A DNA stretch of 64,000 nucleotides, from assembly GCA_024687165.1 (NCBI GenBank), contig JAILEY010000076.1, positions 82-64,081 on the forward strand. Direction: 5' to 3'. A model generated the notes under the pieces. The model saw only the letters and a list, made by a program, of their open reading frames with translations. It made no database searches and was not told the origin of the DNA. This DNA is from Treponema sp. (GTDB taxonomy: Bacteria; Spirochaetota; Spirochaetia; Treponematales; Treponemataceae). The position numbers were made by a program, and so were the translations under genes. Shown piece after piece: positions 38,245 through 48,749 of the stretch; the first letter of the stretch is position 1, and each line of letters opens with the position of its first letter.

Positions 38245-38910
38245 TTACTCCGAAAGAAGAAAGTTGCTGTAGTTATTTGCAGATGAAGGCGGATCATAAA
38301 GGAAACGCTGCTCACTCATTGCTGTATTAAGTTTATAATCCAAAAAATCGATTTCATAATTCTCTGTTGAAGAACTTGAATAAGCAACAACTCTGCGGAT
38401 TAAATTTGTAGCAGGATCAATAGACATGATTATTTCCTTAAATGCCTCCGTTGAAGAGCGGCGCTGGAACTTAAGCTTTATTACCATCTCATTTGAATTG
38501 TCATCAAGAGGAACTTCACTCTGTCCTGAAACATATGAAACTGTATAATATCTTTTTAAGAGTGCAAGACCATCTGCAGTTGCAACTTTTTTTGCAGAAG
38601 AAGTAACTTCCTGTTCAAGAATTGCAGAGTTTCCCGGAAGATAAACAACAAGCTTGTCTCCGTTAAAAACGATAGTCTGTTCTGCAGGATCAGAAAAATC
38701 AATTCTCAGCATTTCAGGACGCATAAAACTTACACGGCCTTCCATATCAGTTTTTCCAATTTTTATTTTTACATTTGCTTCGTAATTTTTAATTGAACCG
38801 TATTGAGCACTTACCTTTTTAAAAAAATCATTTGCAGTCATAATCGACTGAGCAAAAAGACCAGCTGACATTGCGGCTGATACAATAAGGCATGATATTA
38901 ACTTTTTCAT
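38245..38910 (-). CDS. LolA-family lipoprotein carrier
   Basis: Signal peptide; P..LRIDF..P..Q.IVFNG..L.VY.P; F.Y.PP end. Start moved to 38910. Confidence 0.85.
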   Translation of the reverse strand: MKKLISCLIVSAAMSAGLFAQSIMTANDFFKKVSAQYGSIKNYEANVKIKIGKTDMEGRVSFMRPEMLRIDFSDPAEQTIVFNGDKLVVYLPGNSAILEQEVTSSAKKVATADGLALLKRYYTVSYVSGQSEVPLDDNSNEMVIKLKFQRRSSTEAFKEIIMSIDPATNLIRRVVAYSSSSTENYEIDFLDYKLNTAMSEQRFLYDPPSSANNYSNFLLSE

Positions 38911-38969
38911 GCGTATATAATAAGAAAATAATAACAAATATGCAACCAAGGGAGAAAAAACGCTTTTTA

Positions 38970-39995
38970 TCAGATTAAAAACGACTTTATTTCCTCAAGT
39001 ACTTTAAGTGCAGAAATTCCATTTTTAAGAGTTGAACGAAGTGATTTTGAACCGTCCAGATAATCAACCGCATTCTGTACCATATTTGCAAAATACAAAG
39101 TTTTTTTCGGCTTCCTGATTTTTACGGATGAAAGAGAATAGAATCCAGTGTAAAGCTTTGAAGATTTTCTTCTGTAAAATTTAAGCATTCCATTTCCAAC
39201 AACGATTCTGCCTTCAGTTCCTGTGATTATTACTTCGAAGCCAAAGAATCTTGAACGACCGCTGATGCTTACAGATACCTCAGGGCATTTTTCAGTTGAA
39301 TAGTGAGCACAAAGCTGACGGACATTATTTTCTTCATCCCGGAAAATTCCACTCATAACAGGATTTTTTAAAATCGCCTCACTGTTTTCATCTTCAAGAA
39401 GATACATCACAACATCAACAAGATGAGTTCCATCGTGAATCAGACTGTAACCGCCTGTACTTTCTTTCTTTGGATTATAAACGCAAAGGCTTGAGCAAAG
39501 TTCAGCCTTAATGCTCTGCAGAGGTCCGATTATTTTCATAAAATCTTTTGCAAGAATATAATCTTCAGCAAAACGCCGCTCATGATTAATCAGAACATCA
39601 ACTTTATTTTTTTCAGCTTCTTCATAAATCAATTCTGCTTCCTGAGAATTGAGCGCAACAGGTTTTTCAAGGATTACAAGCTTCGGTTTAGTACGGATTG
39701 CATTCAAAGCTTCCTTTAAATGTGCATTTTCATTTACCGCAATCACAACGATATCAATCTTACATGCAGAATAAAGTTCATCACTCGATTCATAAACATT
39801 CTGAACTTTTGTATATTTTTTCCAGTTTTCAAGATTTTCTTTATTTGTGTCGCATCCGGCAATCAGTTTTATTCTTTTATTTTCAAGAAGAGCCATTGTG
39901 TGACTTGCAGGCTGTTCACGTTTTTTATCAAATCCAAGTGTAAAACCAATTCTTCCGCAGCCTACAATTGCCGCTGTGTAAATTTTATTTTTCAT
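38970..39995 (-). CDS. Gfo/Idh/MocA oxidoreductase
   Basis: IVGCGRIG, LEKPVA, NHERRF, HDGTHLVD. Start moved to 39995. Confidence 0.87.
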   Translation of the reverse strand: MKNKIYTAAIVGCGRIGFTLGFDKKREQPASHTMALLENKRIKLIAGCDTNKENLENWKKYTKVQNVYESSDELYSACKIDIVVIAVNENAHLKEALNAIRTKPKLVILEKPVALNSQEAELIYEEAEKNKVDVLINHERRFAEDYILAKDFMKIIGPLQSIKAELCSSLCVYNPKKESTGGYSLIHDGTHLVDVVMYLLEDENSEAILKNPVMSGIFRDEENNVRQLCAHYSTEKCPEVSVSISGRSRFFGFEVIITGTEGRIVVGNGMLKFYRRKSSKLYTGFYSLSSVKIRKPKKTLYFANMVQNAVDYLDGSKSLRSTLKNGISALKVLEEIKSFLI

Positions 39996-40108
39996 ACAGA
40001 TATTATCGGAAAGAATCCGCCGCTGATTGATCACAACAAAAATCATTTTTTTTTGAAAAATTTCTGTTTTAATTTGCAGTTTTTATTTTTTTTCGGTTAA
40101 TACTATAT

Positions 40109-41683
40109 ATGACTGAAATTCAAATTGATGAACTTAAAAAAGACGGCGTCAGATTTTTTGAAGAAGGAATCGATTATCCTGCGCAGAAAGCTGATTATGA
40201 AGAAAATGGTTGTGATGATGAGGTTCTGCTTGCTGCAAGAAAAGCTTTTGGAATATCTTATCTTTATCCGTGGCAAAGAATAGTGATTGAAAATATTCTT
40301 TCGGCACAACAAGAACTTCCGGAAGAAGAACTCAAGAATCTTGAAGAAAACAACACGGCCTTTTACAACGGAAGGCAGATAGTTCTTTTACCGACAGGAG
40401 CAGGAAAATCACTTTGTTTCCTTACACCGGCGCTTATTCTTAACGGACCGACAATGGTTCTCTACCCGCTTCTTGCTTTGATGTCAGACCAGAAAAGGCG
40501 AATGGATGAAGGAGGAATGAAAAGCGTTGTATTTAAGGGCGGACAGACTCATGAAGAAAGAGAAGAAAATTTCCGTCTGATAAAAGAAGGTGCAAAAATC
40601 ATTCTTGCGAACCCTGAAATTCTCCAGAGTGAAGAACTTGTACAGCGTCTTTCAGAATGCAACATTGCCCACATTGCAATTGACGAAGCTCACTGCACAA
40701 GCGAATGGGGTGATTCATTTCGTCCTGCATACCTCAATCTTGGAAATGTAATCAAAACAATTAACCCGAAAGCAGTAACTGCCTTTACCGCAACAGCAAG
40801 TCCTGAAGTTCTTTCCCGAGTATCTGAAATTCTTTTTGGAGGAAATGTTCATATTGTACGCAGCGACAGCGACAGACCGAATATTCACTACGAAGTGATA
40901 AATGCCTATGCAAAAAAAAGAGCCGCTTTCATGCTTGCTTTAAGTCGTCCCAAACCACTGATTATTTTCTGCGGAACAAGAGCAAAAAGTGAAGATATGG
41001 CACGAGAACTTGCTTCATATCTTGGAACAGATAAAGTTAAATTTTATCACGCAGGATTAAGCCGTGAAGAAAAAACAAAAGTTGAAAAATGGTTCTACAA
41101 TAAAACCGACGGAATACTTGCTGCAACCTGCGCTTACGGAATGGGAGTTGATAAAAAAGATATTCACACAGTCATTCATCTAGAGCCAAGTGAAACTGCA
41201 GAAGCATACATTCAGGAAGCAGGACGAGGGGGAAGAGACGGAAGTATAGCAACTGCAATTCTTTTATGGAGCAGCGAAGATTCAGAAAAAGCCTCTGTAT
41301 TTGAAAAAGGAAGCCGCAAGCGGGTACTTAAAACATTTGCAGAAAGCACTACATGCAGACGGCAGATTCTTCTTGATGCACTTGGAGGAGAACAGGCAGC
41401 CTGTGATGGATGCGATATCTGTAAAAGAAAACGCCCCGCAGACTTTGCACATGACGCAAAAATCATGCTGGATTTTGCAAAAAAGAACAAAAATAAATTC
41501 AAGAAAAATCAGTTTTTTTCTGAAATAGAAAATGAATTCAACAAAAGAAGCATAAAAAAAATCGGAATGAACATCTGGGAACATTCCGACATAAAGGAAA
41601 TTTTCCTGCAGCTTACAAAACAAAAAATGCTTACTTTAAGAAAATTTCCATTCAAGGGATTAATTAGTCCTGGCCAAAATTAA
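40109..41683 (+). CDS. recQ: RecQ-family helicase (no HRDC domain seen)
   Basis: PTGAGKSLC, DEAHC.SEWG.SFRP, TATA, YHAG, QEAGRGGRDG, CRR...C..CD.C. Confidence 0.9.
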   Translation: MTEIQIDELKKDGVRFFEEGIDYPAQKADYEENGCDDEVLLAARKAFGISYLYPWQRIVIENILSAQQELPEEELKNLEENNTAFYNGRQIVLLPTGAGKSLCFLTPALILNGPTMVLYPLLALMSDQKRRMDEGGMKSVVFKGGQTHEEREENFRLIKEGAKIILANPEILQSEELVQRLSECNIAHIAIDEAHCTSEWGDSFRPAYLNLGNVIKTINPKAVTAFTATASPEVLSRVSEILFGGNVHIVRSDSDRPNIHYEVINAYAKKRAAFMLALSRPKPLIIFCGTRAKSEDMARELASYLGTDKVKFYHAGLSREEKTKVEKWFYNKTDGILAATCAYGMGVDKKDIHTVIHLEPSETAEAYIQEAGRGGRDGSIATAILLWSSEDSEKASVFEKGSRKRVLKTFAESTTCRRQILLDALGGEQAACDGCDICKRKRPADFAHDAKIMLDFAKKNKNKFKKNQFFSEIENEFNKRSIKKIGMNIWEHSDIKEIFLQLTKQKMLTLRKFPFKGLISPGQN

Positions 41684-44522
41684 GTTTTTCCGCATCATCA
41701 GGACCTGTTACAGCATACCAGTTTCCTGTATCGAACCAGTACTTATTGAAAACCCGGAGAATATCTTCTGACGTACATTTTCTCAGACTTTCAAGATTTT
41801 TTTCATCATGATGCAGATCGTTATAGCGCAGAAGATTGTAAGCAAGATTAAAACCGACTGAAGAACTTGTCTGCTGAGACTGATATGTGGAATTGATAAA
41901 TGAATTTTTATATCCCTCAATTTTATCTTTTAAATCCGCAAAAATATATGTTCCATCCTCATTAACGCCATCAACAAGCATTCCCTGCTTCATATAATTT
42001 CTTGCTTCATCAAGTGCAGTTTTAAAATTTTCAAAATCAGAAACCTTAAAAAGATATTCAAATCCTACAGGCGCTTCTGAAGAACCGACAAAAGAAGACG
42101 GTGTATAGCATATTCCGTTTTTTTCGCGGACAACATTAAACATTACAGTGCTGTAAATATCCGCCGCAAGACAAGATGGAATAAAATCTTCTGATGAACC
42201 TGATGGAGATTTAAACACACGCGCAACGTATGCTGTACCTGCTGCAGACGGAAGGACTTCAATGCAAGGTTCAGCCGCAGATAATTCAATCTGTCCTACA
42301 ACAAGTTCTTTTTTATTTTTAGAAGAACCTCTTTTGATTTTACCAAATTGAGCATTCAGCTTTTCAACAATTTCCTGTTCATTCACATCACCTGCTACAA
42401 CAATAAACATCAAATCAGAAGCAAGAATATTCTTATGATATTTTTTCATTGCACTGACTGTAATATTTTTCAAAGAATCATCTGTTACACCTACGCCAAC
42501 ACTGTAAACATGACCTTCATAAATTTTATCAGAAACTTTTTTCTGAAGCAGATTATCAGCCTTAGTTTTTTCTGCATGAAGAGACTCTTTATAACTGTTA
42601 ATCATATTGTCATAAACAACCTGTTCAAAAGCCGGATTAATAATTCCATCTGCAAAAACAGGAAGAATTTTATCTAAATCTTTATCCATCACAGTCAAAC
42701 GCATGATGCTGCCGTTAACTTTAGAAACAGAACTAATCGAAGCTGATGTGTCAAAAAAAAGTTTTTTTCTATAATCGTAGCTGTATTTTTTTGAACAGTT
42801 AGACATCATATTAAAAAGCGATTTTTCAAGGCCGCTTGTTTCAAGTGTAAGATTTTTAATTCCGGATTTAAATGCAACATTCATCGAAAGGATTCTGCTG
42901 GAAGTTTTATTTATATAAACAGGAATTCCATTTTTAAGTTTAAACTCTGAAATCGATTTCTGTTTTCTCTTTGAGCCATTTTCGGATTTATTTTTTGACG
43001 GGCTGAAAATATTTTTATCTTCCGTGTATGAAATTTTATAATCAATTTTTTTCGGAGCAAATTCCGGAAGCTTCCACCAGCATGATTTTTCTTCTGTAAC
43101 AACTTCAAATCCAAGTTTTTCAAACTGAGCTTTCTGCTGATCATAAACTTCAGGGTTTACAATTACAGCAACAAGAGGCTGATTGCGGAAATATTTTTCA
43201 ACACAATACTCAAGGTCACTCTTTTTAACCTCAGAAATTTTATCGATGTAGGAATAATAATATTCAGCAGAAGAATTTTCCCAGCATCTGGAAATGTTAC
43301 CCAAAAGTCCGGTTGCAGTTTCTCCGTTTCGGATTCTAGAATCAAGCATAGAATCAACACAACGAGTCATTCTTTCTTTTGTAAAATTCTTTTCATCTTT
43401 AAGAATTGCATCAATGATTTCTTTTTCAATTACATCAGCAAATTTTACAGTACGTTCTGCAATATCTTTTTCAGGCTCAAGCATCACTGCATCAAATTCA
43501 AAACAGCCGTTTGCCCTTACAGTTGCATACCCTGCAGAAACATAACTTTCTGCAGGAATCTTAAATTCTTTTTTTTCTATTATATTTTTTTTGAAAGTTC
43601 CATCAGGTTCAGCACAAAGTTCGCATAAGTAATCCATCGGATATGTATCTTCAATTTCATGGTCTGTATCAGGTCCGCGATACTCAACAATAACTTCTGC
43701 CATATTCGGAGAAATCTGAGGATGAGGCATTACGCACAATTTTCTTTTTTCAAAAACTTTATGCTTTTGTTTAGCGCCTTTTTCTGGAGCTGAATTTCCG
43801 TTATTACTCCAGCTGCCGAAAATTTTATTTACAAGCTTATAAGTATCTTCCGGATCTACATCTCCACCAACAAACAATGCTGCATTACACGGAATATAAA
43901 ACTTAGTCTGAATATCACGAAGTTGTTCTACAGTTGCATTTCTTACAACATCAAAAGATCCACTCGGGTCAACTCTGTACGGAGCTTCAGGGAAAAGATT
44001 AAGTCTCAAGTATCCGCCTAAAATTCTTCCAGGCTCAGATTTTTCACCTTCTATTTCTGCAAGAACAACTTTTTTCTCTTTTTCAAACTCATTCTTATCC
44101 ATCAATGGAGAACGAATTGCAGCATTCCAGAAAGCAAGCCCTTCCTCAAGTCTGTCTGACGGGACTGTAAAAAAATAATTCACCCGATCAACGCCGGTTG
44201 TTCCGTTCCATGAAGAAACCCCAAGTTCAGAGATTGCATTTTGAACAGATGCTGCATCTTTATACAATGCATTTCCCTTGAACATCATGTGCTCATACAA
44301 ATGGAAAAGCCCCGCATTTTCTGGAGTCTGAGTTACAGCACCAGCCTTTACCGCAATTTCAATATATGCAAGCGGAACAGTGTGATTTTCTGCGACGAAA
44401 AGTTCAAGCCCGTTATCAAGCTTATATTCATAAAGTCCTTCAACGGGAGTTTCTCTGGCAGATACAGAAAACGTTAAAACGCATATTGCCAGAACCAGTG
44501 AAAAGAAATTTCTTTTTTTCAT
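41664..44522 (-). CDS. Exported M16 zinc peptidase (PqqL-like, duplicated halves)
   Basis: Signal peptide; HLYEHMMFKG HxxEH motif; second LKNGI repeat. Confidence 0.9.
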   Translation of the reverse strand: MKKRNFFSLVLAICVLTFSVSARETPVEGLYEYKLDNGLELFVAENHTVPLAYIEIAVKAGAVTQTPENAGLFHLYEHMMFKGNALYKDAASVQNAISELGVSSWNGTTGVDRVNYFFTVPSDRLEEGLAFWNAAIRSPLMDKNEFEKEKKVVLAEIEGEKSEPGRILGGYLRLNLFPEAPYRVDPSGSFDVVRNATVEQLRDIQTKFYIPCNAALFVGGDVDPEDTYKLVNKIFGSWSNNGNSAPEKGAKQKHKVFEKRKLCVMPHPQISPNMAEVIVEYRGPDTDHEIEDTYPMDYLCELCAEPDGTFKKNIIEKKEFKIPAESYVSAGYATVRANGCFEFDAVMLEPEKDIAERTVKFADVIEKEIIDAILKDEKNFTKERMTRCVDSMLDSRIRNGETATGLLGNISRCWENSSAEYYYSYIDKISEVKKSDLEYCVEKYFRNQPLVAVIVNPEVYDQQKAQFEKLGFEVVTEEKSCWWKLPEFAPKKIDYKISYTEDKNIFSPSKNKSENGSKRKQKSISEFKLKNGIPVYINKTSSRILSMNVAFKSGIKNLTLETSGLEKSLFNMMSNCSKKYSYDYRKKLFFDTSASISSVSKVNGSIMRLTVMDKDLDKILPVFADGIINPAFEQVVYDNMINSYKESLHAEKTKADNLLQKKVSDKIYEGHVYSVGVGVTDDSLKNITVSAMKKYHKNILASDLMFIVVAGDVNEQEIVEKLNAQFGKIKRGSSKNKKELVVGQIELSAAEPCIEVLPSAAGTAYVARVFKSPSGSSEDFIPSCLAADIYSTVMFNVVREKNGICYTPSSFVGSSEAPVGFEYLFKVSDFENFKTALDEARNYMKQGMLVDGVNEDGTYIFADLKDKIEGYKNSFINSTYQSQQTSSSVGFNLAYNLLRYNDLHHDEKNLESLRKCTSEDILRVFNKYWFDTGNWYAVTGPDDAEKLNFGQD

Positions 44523-44584
44523 TTTTACCTCTATGGAAAAACACCAGTTCAGGCATATGGTTTCAATTCATTTTTTTAAGAATT

Positions 44585-45205
44585 TTATTTAACTGAAAAA
44601 TATATCCTGTCAATGATGTTTTTTGCCGTTGTAATTTTATCAGAAAATTCCGTATGAATCATGCCGTCACTTCCGTCAACAGAACCAGTTCCTGCAAACG
44701 TAAGTGTAACTTCCTGTTCAGATCCATCAGGAGTAATCAGTCCTGTATAGATTACAGAAGGCTGTCCGTTAACTCCAGAATTTTCTTTGGTCCAGGTTTC
44801 ATTGTAGTCAAAACTCTGATTAAATTCAGCCTTAATAACATAAGTTTTTCCAGGTTCAAGTTCAGAATCGATTTTTATTACGGTTCCTTTTTTTGGAGTT
44901 GCACCGGTTGAAGCATCAAGTTCATTTTTCTTAAGCTTCTTTGCCGGATCCTGACCTTTTGCAGCATACCATACCGGAAGCGATTCAGGACGCCCTTCAT
45001 CAGGTCCAAAAGTCCACCCCTTTGAACTTGCACTTTTTGTAACATAAAGTGTTTTTACAAAAGTTCCGTCTGTATTTTCAACCCACACTGCAAACTGAGG
45101 CTTTCTCTCTCCCCAGATTTTTCCAGGTCCTATAAAGACGGTTAAAGCAGTTGCAGCAGCAGCCACAAAACAACAGATAATTATATTCATCGTAATTTTT
45201 TTCAT
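44585..45205 (-). CDS. DUF2271-like exported protein with flavinylation motif
   Basis: Signal peptide; PQFAVWVE..DG.FVKTLYVT; RPESLPVW; DASTGATP. Confidence 0.75.
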   Translation of the reverse strand: MKKITMNIIICCFVAAAATALTVFIGPGKIWGERKPQFAVWVENTDGTFVKTLYVTKSASSKGWTFGPDEGRPESLPVWYAAKGQDPAKKLKKNELDASTGATPKKGTVIKIDSELEPGKTYVIKAEFNQSFDYNETWTKENSGVNGQPSVIYTGLITPDGSEQEVTLTFAGTGSVDGSDGMIHTEFSDKITTAKNIIDRIYFSVK

Positions 45206-45235
45206 ACTACACTCCCTTTATACGACATTCTTAAT

Positions 45236-46204
45236 TTAAAACTTATGAGTAAAACTGCACCCGATTCTTCTAAAATACCATTCACGGCCTTTTTTTGAAA
45301 GAAGCGGCTCATCCTCAAGATCATCATGATTTTCTGCAAAGCTTCTGCGGCTTCCAAATTCAACAAGAACTACAATCGAATTTTTTTCATCAAAATCATA
45401 ATTTGCAAGCCCCGCAATATTTATGCTCATAAAATCACCATCAAACTTTGAATAATATGCAGAATCAGAAAAATAATCACTCAAAGCACCAGTAAACTGA
45501 AGCTTAACTCCCACAAGAGAAAGTTTTGACGGCATCTGATAACCGAGAATATAATTTGATTCATAACCTGCACCTTTTGAAAGTCCGCCATCAGAATGAA
45601 ATTTAAAAAGCTCATCATCATCCTGAGCATTCAAAAGCCCCTGATAATTAATTTCCCAGCTTGCAACTGCTATAATGTGATGCCAGTCTCCCGGCCAGAT
45701 TGCAGCAGCATCAAACATAAGCGTTGAACAAAACCATGCAAGATATCTGTAAGTTTTAAAAGGAGTCTGCTGAACATATTCTCCTTCAGTTGGATCATAA
45801 CAGGCAAGACTCTTTATCCCTAAGAATTTCCATGCAGCAGAAATATTTGCACCTGCGCTGAAATTTAAAAATGCAACCGGTGTAAAAGAAATCTTTGCTT
45901 TTGGAGTTACAGAAACAGGAGTTAAAGCAAGTGCTCCTTCAAGAATAAGCTTATTATCAGCAAAAAGGAAATTATCGCTGAAAGGAACCGGAATAATGCA
46001 GTCAGCCTTTAAAGTTTCCTGAAGCTCAGCTCCATCGTACACTCCTGTTATTGGTGCAAAATGTCTATTTCCTGATTTGTAATCTGCTTTCGGATAATAT
46101 GCAAAATCAGTTACCGACGAAAATTCAAAACTAATATTTTTGTCTGATTGAGCATAAACAAAAGCTGAAAAAGCAAATAATGCAGCAAGTAATCTTTTTT
46201 TCAT
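45236..46204 (-). CDS. Putative outer-membrane beta-barrel protein
   Basis: Signal peptide MKKRLLAALFAFSAFVYA; alternating aromatic beta-strand pattern; terminal Phe (CSFTHKF). Confidence 0.65.
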   Translation of the reverse strand: MKKRLLAALFAFSAFVYAQSDKNISFEFSSVTDFAYYPKADYKSGNRHFAPITGVYDGAELQETLKADCIIPVPFSDNFLFADNKLILEGALALTPVSVTPKAKISFTPVAFLNFSAGANISAAWKFLGIKSLACYDPTEGEYVQQTPFKTYRYLAWFCSTLMFDAAAIWPGDWHHIIAVASWEINYQGLLNAQDDDELFKFHSDGGLSKGAGYESNYILGYQMPSKLSLVGVKLQFTGALSDYFSDSAYYSKFDGDFMSINIAGLANYDFDEKNSIVVLVEFGSRRSFAENHDDLEDEPLLSKKGREWYFRRIGCSFTHKF

Positions 46205-46216
46205 TTTTTTACCTCT

Positions 46217-46804
46217 CTACGTTCTGAAAAAAATATTCATCATTTTTTCAATAAAACAATCCGTAAAATCTTTTCCGCGGTTCCAGAATTCAGGATCATT
46301 TCTTTTGGACAGGGAAATCTGAATACATCCCCACAGCCCCGCAATCATTATTTCAGTATCAAGCTTTGGATTTTTTGAAACTGCAATTTTTTTTCTTACA
46401 CATTCTTCAAAAAGCTCCAGACCGAATTTGTTGCAGACATAAAATGCAGGCAGTTCTGTATCCCCGATATTTTCAGAGAACTTGCTTAAAACGGCAACTG
46501 CAACTGTCGGATTTTCAAAACACCAGTCCCTGAAGGATTCAAGCGCAAAGCGTACTTTTTCCTTACAGTCATCAGTTTTTGAAACATCAGCTTCCATTCT
46601 GTCCCTTAAGCCGGCAAGACAAGTAATGGAAATCTTTTTGAACAATTCGTTCTTGTCCTTAAAATAATGATAAATTGAAGTTGCGCTGACATTGCACATT
46701 TTTGCAACATCACGCATCCCGATTTCAACAGGCTCCTTTGTTTCAAGAAGTTTTAACGTTGCATCGAGAATTTCTTTTTCCAGTGTTAAGTTTTTTGGTC
46801 TCAT
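46217..46804 (-). CDS. TetR/AcrR family regulator
   Basis: IGMRDVAKMCNVSATSIYHYFKDK HTH. Confidence 0.9.
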   Translation of the reverse strand: MRPKNLTLEKEILDATLKLLETKEPVEIGMRDVAKMCNVSATSIYHYFKDKNELFKKISITCLAGLRDRMEADVSKTDDCKEKVRFALESFRDWCFENPTVAVAVLSKFSENIGDTELPAFYVCNKFGLELFEECVRKKIAVSKNPKLDTEIMIAGLWGCIQISLSKRNDPEFWNRGKDFTDCFIEKMMNIFFRT

Positions 46805-46829
46805 AACACAGTTAATTTAACATTGTTAA
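46804..46829. promoter_or_regulatory. Tandem TAAC-N3-GTTA operator over the TetR promoter
   Basis: TAACACAGTTA 46804-46814 and TTAACATTGTTAA 46817-46829, within a minus-strand TTGACT-17-TAAATT promoter. Confidence 0.6.
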
Positions 46830-46920
46830 TTTTTAAAGTCAACAACTTTATGATTTTTTTTCTTTTACATAAAAACTTTTTTGATTGAATAATTAAATCT
46901 GTTCGATTATTATAGACGAT

Positions 46921-48456
46921 ATGGGTAACAGTTTTTTATCTAATCTATTCAGTTCTCTTTTTGGCGGAAATGATCCAGAAGCACAAAAGAAACGTCAGTT
47001 GAAAAACATTTATAAGTCTCTTTCAAAAACAAAATATAAAGTTTACAAGCAAAACTCAAATGAAATAGACGGTTCCTTTGCTAAAATCTACTATGATATA
47101 TACAAGGTTATTTCTCCGGCACAAGTTATGTTCCAGTCAATGACACCAAATCAGATTAAGAGAATGGTTCTTGAATTCGGAATGACAAAAAATCAGAAAG
47201 CCGCTCTTGATCAGCTTACTGAACAGGCAATTTCTGAAAATGCAAGAAAAATGCCGCTTAAAGATCTTGCTGTAAAAGTAAAAAAAGACCTTGAAGCACT
47301 CACAACAGAATTTGATTCAACAAGAATCATGAAAATTGATGATCTTTACACAAAGCTCGTTCTTTTTTCAGCATTCTGTCAGTACGATTTCTACTTTACA
47401 CTCAGAAAGTTCGACAACAACCTCAAGGAAAGATCTTTTAATGCAACACCGAAATTCAATACAATCAATGGAACTTACATTATTGAAGATCTTAAAAACT
47501 TTATAGACGTTGCTTTTGTTCTTCCGTTTGATGATGACTGGGAACCTCTTTTCAAAATGCTCAAGACTGCAAAAAGTGTTGAACCGGTAACAATGAGCGC
47601 ATGGAAAAAAGTGATGGCAAGAGTAAGACAGCTGAGGGATCAGCATATTTTTGAGATGCTCATTCAGCTCACTTCAGAAAATCCACTTTATAAAGAAGAG
47701 TACAAACCTAAAACATATACAATCGTTGAAGACTTCATTCAGGAAAACAGAAATCTTGCAGAAAACACTCTTGAAAGCCTCAAGGCACAGCAGACTGCAG
47801 GAAAGATTGAAGGGCTTCTTACACAGATTTTCGGAACACCTGAAATTGAACCGCTCAAGTACTACAATGAAGCAGGCTCAGCTCCTTTTGAACGCAAGGG
47901 AATCGGTGCTTACGAATATCATGAACCATTGTGTTATCTTAAGCACTTCATCATGGATTACGTAAAAAAGAATGTTAAGGAACTTTCAGATATTCTTCTT
48001 GTCCGCGGAGAATGGATTAATCAGCAGCTTGCAAAACCGATGAGTGATGCACAGCACATTCTTTCAGATATGCTTCAGGATATCATAAAGCTTGATGAAA
48101 GCCTCAATGAAACTGTAGACCTTGGATTAAAAATGAAAACTCTTCTTCCACGCTCAGACAGAGATAAGGAATCAAAAGGAATCATTCTTTCAACTTTGAA
48201 CATAATTAACGATACAGCAGGGAGAATGATTCTTAATTCAATCAAACAGTTCATCACTTATGACAGAAACCTTAAGATGGTTCTTGAAGACAGTGCAAAA
48301 CAGCATCCGTCCCTCATCATGAACTGGAAGGATCTAGATCACTTTGCAGAAGGCAATTTGAAGAACATGTGTATTGATACATACAAGAAAATCTACAATC
48401 TTGTTCAGATTCTTCAGAGTTACAACATCTCTGTAGAAGAAGACGAAGAAGAATAA
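46921..48456 (+). CDS. Conserved spirochaete helical protein (DUF5312-like)
   Basis: LFSSLFGGNDPEAQKKRQLK start typical of this family as I recall it; 511 aa ORF. Confidence 0.7.
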   Translation: MGNSFLSNLFSSLFGGNDPEAQKKRQLKNIYKSLSKTKYKVYKQNSNEIDGSFAKIYYDIYKVISPAQVMFQSMTPNQIKRMVLEFGMTKNQKAALDQLTEQAISENARKMPLKDLAVKVKKDLEALTTEFDSTRIMKIDDLYTKLVLFSAFCQYDFYFTLRKFDNNLKERSFNATPKFNTINGTYIIEDLKNFIDVAFVLPFDDDWEPLFKMLKTAKSVEPVTMSAWKKVMARVRQLRDQHIFEMLIQLTSENPLYKEEYKPKTYTIVEDFIQENRNLAENTLESLKAQQTAGKIEGLLTQIFGTPEIEPLKYYNEAGSAPFERKGIGAYEYHEPLCYLKHFIMDYVKKNVKELSDILLVRGEWINQQLAKPMSDAQHILSDMLQDIIKLDESLNETVDLGLKMKTLLPRSDRDKESKGIILSTLNIINDTAGRMILNSIKQFITYDRNLKMVLEDSAKQHPSLIMNWKDLDHFAEGNLKNMCIDTYKKIYNLVQILQSYNISVEEDEEE

Positions 48457-48472
48457 ACTGATTTAAAAAGAG

Positions 48473-48504
48473 AAAGGTCACTCCGCAAAGGAGTGACCTT
48501 TTTT
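48473..48504 (+). terminator. Strong intrinsic terminator between convergent genes
   Basis: AAAGGTCACTCC-GCAAA-GGAGTGACCTTT 12-bp perfect stem followed by Ts. Confidence 0.85.
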
Positions 48505-48518
48505 ATGCTTCGGATTTT

Positions 48519-48746
48519 TTATTTAAGCACACTGTCCACAAGAGCCTTAAGCTTTGGATCCTGCACCACAGATTCAGTTTCCACGCTCTGGCTGATTGTA
48601 AAGATTCCGTTTTTTTCTGTAATAACATTTGCTGTCTGTTTCATAGATGTACTTCCCTGTTTTTGAAATCTGAGAGCCTTACCCATTAAACCTTTTGCAG
48701 TATTTGAGGATGCAGAATTTTTCTTTGGATTATCAGACTCTACCAT
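48519..48746 (-). CDS. Small hypothetical protein
   Basis: Starts 3 bp after the upstream stop, ends at the terminator; genome-typical codons. Confidence 0.6.
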   Translation of the reverse strand: MVESDNPKKNSASSNTAKGLMGKALRFQKQGSTSMKQTANVITEKNGIFTISQSVETESVVQDPKLKALVDSVLK

Positions 48747-48749
48747 AGT

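Noticed and set aside
9774-41683. Convergent 3' overlaps (TetR/glucosaminidase 27 bp; recQ/M16 20 bp) as antisense regulation
   Set aside because: Short tail-to-tail overlaps are common in compact genomes, and there is no further evidence.
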